Shown: positions 31,016-40,161 of the stretch, piece by piece | How the letters are laid out: each line of letters begins with the position of its first letter | Numbering within the stretch: position 1 is the first letter of the stretch | Assembly (NCBI GenBank): GCA_963844865.1 | Contig: CAWJPY010000006.1 | Span: 187,421-251,420, forward strand | Origin: an uncultured Holophagae bacterium | GTDB lineage: Bacteria; Acidobacteriota; Thermoanaerobaculia; Thermoanaerobaculales; Sulfomarinibacteraceae | DNA: 64,000 nt | Reading direction: 5' to 3' | Made by a program: the position numbers and the translations under genes | The notes under the pieces: generated by a model | Databases searched by the model: none | Told to the model about the DNA's origin: nothing | Seen by the model: only the letters and a program-made list of their open reading frames with translations

Positions 31016-31906
31016 CTACTTCGCGATCCAGGCCCTCTCCCCGTCGAGATCCAGTGTCAGGGTCACGCCCTCGAGGAAGGCCGCGCTCAGGAGCCCGTCG
31101 TAGACCAGGTCGTCCCGCTCCAGCGCCGCGACCGTCACCGGACCGTACCCGGCCAGCGTGAGGGTGACCCTCCGGGGCTCGGTGGTGGACAGGTCCAGCC
31201 CCAGGGCCCGGGCCACGTGGGGTGCGATCAGAACGGCCCCGGTGTTCCCCGAGTCCAGCTCGAACCACAAAGGCCCCCGATCCCCGTCGAATGCCAGGAA
31301 CGCATCCACACTCCGGCCGGCGGCCTGATGTTCTTCCCGCATGCGCAGCTCGGTAGCGCCCGCCACTCGCCGGGCAAGCGAGGCCTCGCTCTCTATGATC
31401 ACCCTGTTGTGGGCCAGCTGCAGGGTGAGGCCGTAGCCGTTGAAGGCATCGAGGCCGACGATCCCGCCCAGCGCCGGCACTCCGTCCGGCAGGAGCGACA
31501 TGAGGTCGAACACGCCCACCTCGCGGGGCGCGACGGACCAGCCGGGCAGCCGCAGCGCCACCTGTGGGCAACGCTGCATGGCCACCGGCTCGCCGTTGTG
31601 CCGGAATACGACGACCCGGCCGAAGGGGTCGCACCCGATGGCCGCCGCCACGTCCGGAGTGATCATCGTGACCCCACCGCCGGTGTCGAAGAGATACGGG
31701 AGGGTGGTGTCCCCCACCGCCACCGACACGGTGCGGAGCCGGCCGAGGTACGGGGTCAGCGGCAGCACGGCCCTTGGAGCAGCTTCGCCCGTGGTGGCGT
31801 CCCCGCGCACGGCCCCCGGCGCTCCGGCGGTTTCGGGGGCCGGCGCGAGGGAGCACCCGGCCAGGGCAAGGGTGACCATCAGCACGTTGCATCGTCGTGT
31901 CAGCAC
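31016..31906 (-). CDS. Retropepsin-like aspartic protease lipoprotein with two catalytic lobes
   Basis: Lipobox LALAGC. Two D-[TS]-G motifs are present (LFDTGGGVTMI and ELDSGNTGAVL) in one 296-aa chain. Confidence 0.75.
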   Translation of the reverse strand: MLTRRCNVLMVTLALAGCSLAPAPETAGAPGAVRGDATTGEAAPRAVLPLTPYLGRLRTVSVAVGDTTLPYLFDTGGGVTMITPDVAAAIGCDPFGRVVVFRHNGEPVAMQRCPQVALRLPGWSVAPREVGVFDLMSLLPDGVPALGGIVGLDAFNGYGLTLQLAHNRVIIESEASLARRVAGATELRMREEHQAAGRSVDAFLAFDGDRGPLWFELDSGNTGAVLIAPHVARALGLDLSTTEPRRVTLTLAGYGPVTVAALERDDLVYDGLLSAAFLEGVTLTLDLDGERAWIAK

Positions 31907-32127
31907 AGTCGTCCCTCCAACCGTCTCACATCCCTGTCCCTACGCCGTCAGGGATTGCAGAGTTTCAAACGATCGGATGTCTCCGCCGGTCGGTCGTGGC
32001 CCAGGTGGAGTGGGAAGCCTGGGTGACCGGCACGGCGTGTGGCACCTCAATTGTGAGGTCCCCCGTGTTGCCGGGATCGTGGTTGCGCGAAGTTGTACAT
32101 ACCATGTCGCGCGATCGGGGAAACACC

Positions 32128-32640
32128 ATGAGACGACTCGCGATGATGGTCGCGTTGTTGTTGTTGACGGTGCTGCCGGCAACCGCTTCCGATCCCGAGG
32201 GGCGCGACGCACTGGCCCCTCGGTCGGGGACCTTCGGGACGACGCTGGAGCGACCGGGGGCCGACCTGTCGCGCGACACCAAGATCGTCCCAGAGCCGGT
32301 GGAGCTGGAGTTCCGCGAAAGAGTCATCAAGCGGAGCGTAAGCATTCCCGGCTCCATGATCTCCAAGCGGACCGAACACATCGGAACGCCGAAGCGCAAG
32401 GACGTCAAGATGACGCGGAAGGCCTTCGACGGTGGAGCGCGGCTGCTCCCAGGACATGCTCAACCTTCGCAGGCCCTCTCTGCACCGGCTCTGTTCTCTT
32501 CCAGAAACGAGTTGACCTTCGACCATTCGTCCCACAGCCAGCGGGAAAGGGCCTCACGCCCCGTGGGAATCTCTTCGAAGGGCACCACCCAGATTCGGAT
32601 CCGGACCCTGCGGCCCACCAGCCCACCCCTCCAGAGCTGA
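32128..32640 (+). CDS. Small secreted hypothetical protein (3' end uncertain)
   Basis: Clear signal peptide MRRLAMMVALLLLTVLPATA. The last 180 nt or so overlap the convergent acyltransferase, so the true stop is doubtful. Confidence 0.3.
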   Translation: MRRLAMMVALLLLTVLPATASDPEGRDALAPRSGTFGTTLERPGADLSRDTKIVPEPVELEFRERVIKRSVSIPGSMISKRTEHIGTPKRKDVKMTRKAFDGGARLLPGHAQPSQALSAPALFSSRNELTFDHSSHSQRERASRPVGISSKGTTQIRIRTLRPTSPPLQS

Positions 32641-33527
32641 CCGATGGACATCGTGGATTCCAGGCCGGTGTGCGCACAGAAGACAGCGTCGACGTTCTCA
32701 TTCCGTTCGAGCAGGGCCAGGGAGCCCCCGAGGCGGGGTGGCAGCACGTGCGCCATCGCCCGGCCCCGGCGCAACGCCTCCTCGTCGCCGGACGCTTCCA
32801 GCCGCTTCAGGATTCGTTCCCGTTTGGCTTGGCTGAAACGTGTTCCCTCGGGAAACGTGACGACGCCTTGTCCTGGGGAGAGACCCACCATGAGCCTGGC
32901 GATCGCCTCGATCTCCTTGGGATCTTCCCCGGATCCCCGCCGGACGAAGGTGTTGGGAAGGCGGTTCCCGACAACGTCGAGACACGGGTCCATGAGGAGC
33001 TCGCGCTTGAGGACGTACCGCAGCATGATTCGTTGCGGCCCGCCGATGAGCAGTGCCGGCAGCACGCTGTCGGCCGTGCTCGCGTGACGGACGAACAGCA
33101 GAATCGGTCGAGCGCGAAGGTCCGGGAGCCCTTCCACCTCCAGCGTGATGGAAAAGAGCTTGAATGCGCCTCCGCCCAGGGTGCGGGCCCACCAGCACTG
33201 AAGGTCGAAGTTCTTCTCGAGGTACTTCTCCACATCCCTGGAAATGTACGGTCCTCCCACGAGCCAGAGCACGAAGCTGACCAGGATGCCCAGCACCTCA
33301 CAGACGAGGTAAAGGACCAGGAAGGCCAGCGTGCGCACGAACGCCCACTTCGATGAGCGCAAGGCGTCCAGGATCACGGCGAGAGGAAACAGGACGGGGC
33401 ACAAGACAAGCGTCACGCCGCACAGGATGAAATAGAGCGGTATGGTGAGAGCCCTCCTCTTCCACAGGGACCACCAGGGGTCCCTGCCGAGGCCCGTCAC
33501 ATCGGTCCAATCGCCTGAGGATGCCAC
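32460..33527 (-). CDS. Lysophospholipid (1-acyl-sn-glycerol-3-phosphate) acyltransferase family protein
   Basis: HX4D motif (VRHASTADS), FPEGTR motif and N-terminal TM helices. GTG start. Confidence 0.8.
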   Translation of the reverse strand: MASSGDWTDVTGLGRDPWWSLWKRRALTIPLYFILCGVTLVLCPVLFPLAVILDALRSSKWAFVRTLAFLVLYLVCEVLGILVSFVLWLVGGPYISRDVEKYLEKNFDLQCWWARTLGGGAFKLFSITLEVEGLPDLRARPILLFVRHASTADSVLPALLIGGPQRIMLRYVLKRELLMDPCLDVVGNRLPNTFVRRGSGEDPKEIEAIARLMVGLSPGQGVVTFPEGTRFSQAKRERILKRLEASGDEEALRRGRAMAHVLPPRLGGSLALLERNENVDAVFCAHTGLESTMSIGQLWRGGLVGRRVRIRIWVVPFEEIPTGREALSRWLWDEWSKVNSFLEENRAGAERACEG

Positions 33528-33677
33528 CTACCTCATTGTTGCATTGTTGGGTTGGCATCGGAGACGACGGCGTCGAAGCGGTCGATCCGCACGCAGCCGG
33601 GAGAAAAGCAAAGTCCTCGATGCCGGGGTCTCGCCAGCCGTAGGTCGCACCTCCGGATGCGGAGCCGCGACCCCGCC

Positions 33678-34085
33678 TCAGGGCTGCAGTAAGCGCAGAT
33701 AGCTCCAGCTTGCGGCGGCGGTGAGGCCGGTCACGACCGCGCCCCACGCGAGATCCGCCAGGGTCACGGTCACCGGCCAGCCCGAGAGCGTTGCGAGGTT
33801 CGTGAGGTCGTAGGTCGCGTAGGCGATCAGACCGAACAACGCTCCGAGGAGGGCCACGTGCAGGAGCGGGGAGCCGGACCGCGGCAGCACGACGAAGGCG
33901 AGCAGCCCCGTGATGTAGAGGAGGTAGAAGATCACGGCCGCGCCCCAGCGCACGTTCGGCGCGAGCAGGTGGCCGATCTGGCTGCTGTAGAGCTTCCGGG
34001 CGACGACACCGAGCCACAGCGCGTCGAGCGCCAGGAAGGTGGCCAGGGTGAGGCCGAAGAGCGCGAGCAGCCTGAACGTCTTCAC
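33678..34085 (-). CDS. DUF2177 family membrane protein
   Basis: LDALWLGVVARKLY...YATYDLTNLATLSGWP is the family pattern (from memory). GTG 34085 follows GAGGA. An in-frame ATG further upstream (about 34127) is also possible. Confidence 0.7.
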   Translation of the reverse strand: MKTFRLLALFGLTLATFLALDALWLGVVARKLYSSQIGHLLAPNVRWGAAVIFYLLYITGLLAFVVLPRSGSPLLHVALLGALFGLIAYATYDLTNLATLSGWPVTVTLADLAWGAVVTGLTAAASWSYLRLLQP

Positions 34086-34241
34086 GATGTCCTCATGGTA
34101 GCACCCGTCCGATAATGGTACCCTCATCCCTGTCCCACGGCCGCAGCTCCCTGTCCCAGCGATCGTCGCCCGAAGCCGCTGGCGTCCCCGGGGGGAGGAT
34201 CGTGGGAGGAGCGACTTCCGAAGGGATTCGGGACTGATCCG

Positions 34242-35030
34242 ATGCACTCGATCTTGCTGACCGGGGCCATGGTGGCGGCGCTGATGACTGCCGTCTGGGT
34301 GGCGAGCGTCATCGTCCGCAACGTCGGGATCATCGACGCGTTCTGGGGACTCGGGTTCGTCGTCGCGGCGTGGACCTACTATGCGACGACCGACGGCTTC
34401 CCCGCGAGGAAGCTGCTGATCCTGTCGCTGGTCACGGTCTGGGGGCTCCGTCTCTCGCTCCATCTGGCGATCCGCAACTTCGGCAAGCCGGAGGACTACC
34501 GGTACCGGGCGATGCGGATGCGCCGGGGGCCGCGCTTCACCTGGGTGAGCCTGTTCTGGGTGTTCATTCCGCAGGCCGTGCTGCTGTGGGCGCTGTCGGT
34601 CCCATTGTGGCAGGCGCAGCGCGCACCCACGCCACAGCACCTGGGAGTGCTCGACGTGCTCGGAACGGTGGTCTTTGCCGTCGGTCTGCTCTTCGAGGCC
34701 GTCGGCGACGAGCAGCTCAGGCGCTTCAAGGCCGACCCGGCGAACCGGGGCAAGGTCATGGACCGCGGCCTCTGGCGCTTGACCCGCCACCCCAACTACT
34801 TCGGTGACGCAACGGTGTGGTGGGGCCTGACCCTGGTCGCGCTGGCCACGCCGGGAGCGCTCTGGGTGATCTACGCGCCGGTCGTGATGACGCTCCTCCT
34901 GCTCCGCGTTTCCGGCGTGCCCTTGCTCGAGAAGAAGCTCCAGGAGACCCGCCCGGGGTACCGCGAGTACGTCGAGCGGACGAGCTCCTTCGTCCCGTGG
35001 TGCCCCCGGCGGAACGGACGAACGCGGTAG
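34242..35030 (+). CDS. DUF1295 / steroid 5-alpha-reductase-like membrane protein
   Basis: Multi-TM protein with IIDAFWGLGF and LWRLTRHPNYFGDATVWWG motifs. Confidence 0.82.
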   Translation: MHSILLTGAMVAALMTAVWVASVIVRNVGIIDAFWGLGFVVAAWTYYATTDGFPARKLLILSLVTVWGLRLSLHLAIRNFGKPEDYRYRAMRMRRGPRFTWVSLFWVFIPQAVLLWALSVPLWQAQRAPTPQHLGVLDVLGTVVFAVGLLFEAVGDEQLRRFKADPANRGKVMDRGLWRLTRHPNYFGDATVWWGLTLVALATPGALWVIYAPVVMTLLLLRVSGVPLLEKKLQETRPGYREYVERTSSFVPWCPRRNGRTR

Positions 35031-35203
35031 CTTCCCTCGCGCCCGGATCAGTCCCGAGTCCTCAGGGCTTGACGATCTTGCACCTGAAATATACCTTGTT
35101 TACACCATCTGAACGAGGTGGCCCGTCCACGCTGTACAGGCCCGGGGACCGGCGGACGCCATGCGTCGCGGGTGCCGGCGTCCCGGGAGAGGAGGAGTGC
35201 AGC

Positions 35204-35578
35204 ATGGAGCTCACCGAAGCCCGGACCATCGTCAGGACCCTCGCCCAGGGGGTCGACCCCATCACCGGCGAGGCGTTCGCCGCCGACAGCCCGTACAACC
35301 ACCCGCAGGTGATCCGCGCCCTGTTCACCGTCCACGATCACGCCCAGAGCATGCGCAGCAGGATCGGCGTCGACGAGAAGCGCCAGCGCAACATCGAGCG
35401 GGGCCTGCCGTCCAACGCCGGCCTGCCCTGGACCGACGACGACCGCACGCGGGTCGCGTCTAGATTCAAGGACGGCCGGACCTTCGAGGAGCTGGCGACC
35501 ACCCTGGAGCGCACCCGCACCGCGATCCAGGCGGAGCTGATCCGCCAGGGTCTGGTCGATCCCGTCGTCACCGGTTGA
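35204..35578 (+). CDS. Hypothetical protein, possible small DNA-binding protein
   Basis: Strong RBS (GGAGAGGAGGAG). 124 aa. The C-terminal GLPWTDDDRTRVASRFKDGRTFEELATTLERTRTAIQAEL looks like a Myb/HTH-type helix pair. No family recognised. Confidence 0.55.
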   Translation: MELTEARTIVRTLAQGVDPITGEAFAADSPYNHPQVIRALFTVHDHAQSMRSRIGVDEKRQRNIERGLPSNAGLPWTDDDRTRVASRFKDGRTFEELATTLERTRTAIQAELIRQGLVDPVVTG

Positions 35579-35713
35579 CTCGTGCGGCACCGGGCGCGCC
35601 CGCGCTCGAACGTTCGAAGGTGAAGGAGAACCTTTTCCTCTCCGGGCCGTTAACACCATCGTGTCAGGTTCGTTACGACAGGTGAACGAAAGCGCGAGGC
35701 CCGGGAGGACACC

Positions 35714-36838
35714 ATGACCGCCAGAGCGAGGCGGAACATTCTACGAGGCGGGGTCGCGGTGGCGGCCCTCGGCGTGATCACTCTGCTCGCCCTGTGGCTG
35801 ATCCCACCGGGCGCGGGCAGGACCGCGGAGGCGGGGGATCAGGCAACGGCCGCCTCCGACGCGGCAGCCAAGACCGACGACAGCGACAAGACCGAGAAGG
35901 CCCCGATCCCGGTCAAGGTCGCCGAGGCGACGACGGGCGACATCGCCGCCTACATCTCGACGACCGCCAACCTGGTCGCCGAGGCGGATGTGCGGGTGCT
36001 CGCCGAGGCCGAGGGGCTCATCACCGATCTGAAGGTCGAGGAGGGGCGCAAGGTCGGCGCCGGCGACGTGCTCGCGGTGCTCGACCACTCGGCCGCGGAG
36101 ATCGCCCTCAACAAGGCGCGGCTCAAGGCCGCCAACGCGGAGATGGCCTTCAGCCGGGCCGAGAAGACCCTCCGGGACGGGCTGATCTCGTCGGAGGAGT
36201 ACGACCGCGTCCGCCTCGAGCACGAGGTCGCCCGGCAGGAGGTGGCGGAGGCGGAGTGGGCGCTTCAGAAGACCGTCATCCGTGCGCCCTTCGCCGGCCA
36301 GGTCACGGAGCGCATGATCACGGTCGGTCAGCACGTGCGCCCCGGCGACGTGCTGTTCGGTGTCGCCAGCTTCGACCCCCTGATCGCGCGGCTCTACCTG
36401 GCCGAGAGCGACGTGCTCCACCTCGCCGAGGGGCGAGCGGTCAGAATCAGCCTCGCCGCCGACCCCAGCCTCTCGTTCCGAGGCCGGATCCGCCAGATCA
36501 GCCCGGTGGTGGACACCGCCACCGGGACGGTCAAGGTCACCGTTGAGGCCGTTGCCCCGCCCCAGACCGTGCGCCCCGGAGCGTTCGTGACCGTGGACAT
36601 CGAGCGCGAGCGCCACCCGGCCGCGGTGCTCCTGCCGCGCGAGGCGGTGGTGCGCGAGCTGCGCTCGGCCCACGTGTTCGTGGCCTCGGACGACGGCACC
36701 GCCGTCAAGCGGATCGTCGAGCTCGGGCTCGAGGAGGGCGACCTGATCGAAGCGATCGACGGAGTGAGCGCCGGCGAGCAGGTGATCATCGCCGGTCAGG
36801 GCGGCCTCAAGGCGGGCACCAAGATCAAGGTCCTGTAG
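35714..36838 (+). CDS. Efflux RND transporter periplasmic adaptor subunit (MFP)
   Basis: N-terminal anchor, lipoyl/hairpin pattern (VEEGRKVGAGDVLAVLD, coiled-coil region, IRAPFAGQV) and a C-terminal beta-barrel. Confidence 0.9.
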   Translation: MTARARRNILRGGVAVAALGVITLLALWLIPPGAGRTAEAGDQATAASDAAAKTDDSDKTEKAPIPVKVAEATTGDIAAYISTTANLVAEADVRVLAEAEGLITDLKVEEGRKVGAGDVLAVLDHSAAEIALNKARLKAANAEMAFSRAEKTLRDGLISSEEYDRVRLEHEVARQEVAEAEWALQKTVIRAPFAGQVTERMITVGQHVRPGDVLFGVASFDPLIARLYLAESDVLHLAEGRAVRISLAADPSLSFRGRIRQISPVVDTATGTVKVTVEAVAPPQTVRPGAFVTVDIERERHPAAVLLPREAVVRELRSAHVFVASDDGTAVKRIVELGLEEGDLIEAIDGVSAGEQVIIAGQGGLKAGTKIKVL

Positions 36839-36921
36839 GCAGCCCGGGCGAGCATCCGACCCCCACGACCGCGGACCGGCGCGATCGCACCCACGAGCGC
36901 CCGGCCCGCCCCGGAGGCCCC

Positions 36922-39900
36922 ATGCGGATCGTCGAGTTCTCACTGCGGCGTCGAGTCACCGTCTGGATGTGCACCGTCGCGCTGGTGCTGTTCGGGCTGG
37001 TGGCCTTCGGCCGGCTTCCCCTCAACCTGATGCCCGACCTCAGCTACCCCAGCCTGACGGTGGAGACCCAGCTCCCGGGGGCGGCCCCCGCCGAGGTGGA
37101 GACCCTCCTCACGAGGCCCATCGAAGAGGTGGTCGGGATCGTCGGCGGGGTGCAGCGCCTGACCTCGGCGTCCCGTCCCGGCCTGTCCCAGGTCACCCTC
37201 GAGTTCGGGTGGGGCCGCAACATGGACTTCGCCGCCCTGGACGTGCGCCAGAAGCTGGACCTCGTGCGGCTTCCCGACGGCGCGACCAAGCCCCTCCTGC
37301 TCCGGTTCGACCCCGCCAACGACCCCGTGATGCGGCTCTACCTGACCGGCGGGCAGAGCCTCTATGAGCTGCGCTACGTGGCCGAGGAGCTGGTGAAGAA
37401 GGACCTCGAGCCCACCGAGGGCGTGGCCGCCATCAAGGTCCACGGCGGCTACGAGGAGGAGATCGAGGTCCGCATCGACGAGGGCCGCCTGGCGCTGCTC
37501 GGGCTCGGCATCGACCAGGTCAACGACCGCCTGCTGCGCGAGAACCTCAACCAGGCCGGCGGCAGCCTGTACGAGTCCGAGGCCCGCTACCTGGTGCGGG
37601 CGCGCAACGAGTTCCGCAACCTCGACGACATCCGTTCCACCGTCGTGCTCACCCAGGGCGGCCGCCGCGTCACCGTCGGCGACGTCGCCGCGGTCTCCAG
37701 GACCCACAAGCAGCGCGAGGTGATCAGCCGCTACGACGGCCGCGAGGCGGTGGAGCTCGCGGTCTACAAGGAGGGCGACGCGAACACCGTCCAGGTGGCG
37801 CGGTCGGTGACCTCGCGGCTCGAGCGCACCCGCAAGGAGCTGCCCGAGGGCGTGGAGATCGTCACCGGCGCCGACCAGTCGCGCTTCATCCAGGCCTCGG
37901 TGCGGGAGGTGCTCTCCAACGCTCTCCTCGGTGGCCTCGTGGCCATCGTGGTGCTGCTGCTGTTCCTCAAGGACGTGCGCGCGACCCTCGTCGTCGGCCT
38001 CGCGATTCCCATCTCCATCGTCGCCACCTTCTTCCTCATGTACCGCACCGGCACCAGCCTCAACGTGATGTCCCTGGGCGGGCTCGCCCTCGGCGTCGGG
38101 ATGCTCGTCGACTCCGCCATCGTGGTGCTGGAGGCCATCGTCCGGCGCCGTGAGGACGGCCTCGAGGCGGTGGAGGCCGCCCGGGTCGGCGCCTCCGAGG
38201 TGGGCCAGGCCGTCATCGCCTCCACCTTGACCACCATCGCGGTCTTCCTGCCGGTGGTCTTCCTCGAGGGCATCGCCGCCCAGCTCTTCCGGGACACCGC
38301 GCTCACCGTCTCCTTCTCCCTGCTCGCTGCCCTCGTGGTGTCCCTGACCCTGATCCCGATGCTCACCGCACTGGGCGGCGGGCCGCCCCGGTCCGACGTC
38401 CGCGCCGGCGCGACCCCGGGGCGCCTGCGACGCCTGCTGCGGGCCGTGTTCACGACCGGCCCGTCGTTGGTGATCGCCGGGGTGCGGCGGGTCCTGACCG
38501 CCCTCGGGCGGCTGCTGGCCGTGGTCTGCTGGCCGGTCTCCCGGGTCTTCGACGCCATCCTCGGCCGCGTCACGGCCGGCTACCCGCGGCTGCTGAGCTG
38601 GTCGCTGGGCCACCGCGGCCTGGTGCTGGCCGTGGTCGCCGGGGTGGTGGCGGTGGCGGCCGCTCTGGTGCCGCGCCTCGGGTTCGACCTCATCCCGCCC
38701 CTGGCCCAGGGTGAGCTCTCGTTCCGGGTCGAGCTGCCGGAGGGCACGACCCTGGCGCTCACCGACGGGGTGGTGAGCGACGCCGCGGCGGCCGTGGAGG
38801 AGGCGTCGGGAGTGGAGAGCGTCTCAACCGTGGCCGGGGGCGCGGGCCTGTCCCTGACCTCCACCGGAACCGAGGGCGAGAACATCGGCCGGATCCTGGT
38901 CCGCCTCGCGCCGGGCGCCGGTGGCGACGTGGAGTCGGCGGTGGCGGCCGTGCTGCGCGAGCACCTGGAGACCGTCCCGGAGGCGGCCGTGAAGCAGGAG
39001 CGGGGCACGAGCTTCAGCTTCCGCACGCCCATCGAGGTCGAGGTCTACAGCCAGGACCTCGGGGAGCTGCACGCGGTGGCGGCCGCCATCGCCCGCCGCA
39101 TGGCCGGCGTGCCGGGGCTGGTGGACGTCCGGGCCTCCACGGAGCTCGGCAACCCCGAGGTCCAGGTCCGGTTCCGGCGCGAGGCCCTGGCCAGCCTCGG
39201 CCTCGATCTGTCCAGGGTGGCGCAGGCCGTGCGGACCAAGATCCAGGGCGACGTCGCGACCCGCTTCACCGAGGGCGACCGTGAGATCGACATCCGGGTG
39301 CGGGCGCTCGAGCACGGCGCGGCGTCGGTGGGCGACGTGGGCCAGCTGATCGTCGGCCACGGCGGCGGCCGCCCGATCTTCCTCTCCTCGGTCGCCGACA
39401 TCCGGCTCACCGAGGGCCCGACGGAGGTGCGCCGCATCGGCCAGCGCCGCGCCGCCCTGGTGTGGGCGAACCTGGAGGGCCGGGACATGGCGGGAGCCGC
39501 GGCCGACGTGCGTGCCGTGCTGCGCTCGGAGCCGCTCCCGGCGGGGGTCAGCACGGCGCTGAGCGGCCAGGAGGAGGAGATGCAGCGCTCCTACCGCTCC
39601 CTGATGCTGGCCATGGGCCTGGCCGTGTTCCTGGTCTACCTGGTGATGGCGTCCCAGTTCGAGAGCTTCCTCCACCCCTTCGTCATCATCTTCACCCTCC
39701 CACTGGGGGCGGTGGGGGTGATCCTGGCCCTCGCCGTCACCGGCACCAGCCTCAACGTCGTGGCCATCATCGGCGCCGTGATGCTGGCCGGGATCGTGGT
39801 CAACAACGCCATCGTCCTCATCGACGCCGTCAACCAGCGGCGCCGCGCCGGCCTCCCCAAGGCCGAGGCGCTGATCGAGGCCGGACGCACGCGGCTGCGG

Positions 39901-40152
39901 CCGATCCTGATGACCTCGGCGACCACCATCTTCGGACTGCTCCCCATGGCCATCGGCCTGGGCGAGGGCGCGGAGCTGCGCGCCCCGCTCGCGATCACGG
40001 TCATCGGCGGGCTCTCCGTCGCGACCCTGCTCACCCTGGTGGTGATCCCGGTGGTGTACTCGCTCTTCGACCGGGAGGCGCTGGTGCTGCCGACCCAGGA
40101 GGGGGCCGAGGAGGTCCCGGTACCCGCCGGCGACCCGGTCGCGGCCGGCTAG
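36922..40152 (+). CDS. Efflux RND transporter permease subunit (AcrB/HAE1-like), first of two
   Basis: 1076 aa with 12-TM architecture. N-terminus MRIVEFSLRRRVTVWM. Conserved GLALGVGMLVDSAIVVLE and VNNAIVLID motifs. Confidence 0.93.
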   Translation: MRIVEFSLRRRVTVWMCTVALVLFGLVAFGRLPLNLMPDLSYPSLTVETQLPGAAPAEVETLLTRPIEEVVGIVGGVQRLTSASRPGLSQVTLEFGWGRNMDFAALDVRQKLDLVRLPDGATKPLLLRFDPANDPVMRLYLTGGQSLYELRYVAEELVKKDLEPTEGVAAIKVHGGYEEEIEVRIDEGRLALLGLGIDQVNDRLLRENLNQAGGSLYESEARYLVRARNEFRNLDDIRSTVVLTQGGRRVTVGDVAAVSRTHKQREVISRYDGREAVELAVYKEGDANTVQVARSVTSRLERTRKELPEGVEIVTGADQSRFIQASVREVLSNALLGGLVAIVVLLLFLKDVRATLVVGLAIPISIVATFFLMYRTGTSLNVMSLGGLALGVGMLVDSAIVVLEAIVRRREDGLEAVEAARVGASEVGQAVIASTLTTIAVFLPVVFLEGIAAQLFRDTALTVSFSLLAALVVSLTLIPMLTALGGGPPRSDVRAGATPGRLRRLLRAVFTTGPSLVIAGVRRVLTALGRLLAVVCWPVSRVFDAILGRVTAGYPRLLSWSLGHRGLVLAVVAGVVAVAAALVPRLGFDLIPPLAQGELSFRVELPEGTTLALTDGVVSDAAAAVEEASGVESVSTVAGGAGLSLTSTGTEGENIGRILVRLAPGAGGDVESAVAAVLREHLETVPEAAVKQERGTSFSFRTPIEVEVYSQDLGELHAVAAAIARRMAGVPGLVDVRASTELGNPEVQVRFRREALASLGLDLSRVAQAVRTKIQGDVATRFTEGDREIDIRVRALEHGAASVGDVGQLIVGHGGGRPIFLSSVADIRLTEGPTEVRRIGQRRAALVWANLEGRDMAGAAADVRAVLRSEPLPAGVSTALSGQEEEMQRSYRSLMLAMGLAVFLVYLVMASQFESFLHPFVIIFTLPLGAVGVILALAVTGTSLNVVAIIGAVMLAGIVVNNAIVLIDAVNQRRRAGLPKAEALIEAGRTRLRPILMTSATTIFGLLPMAIGLGEGAELRAPLAITVIGGLSVATLLTLVVIPVVYSLFDREALVLPTQEGAEEVPVPAGDPVAAG

Positions 40153-40161
40153 GAGGATGAT

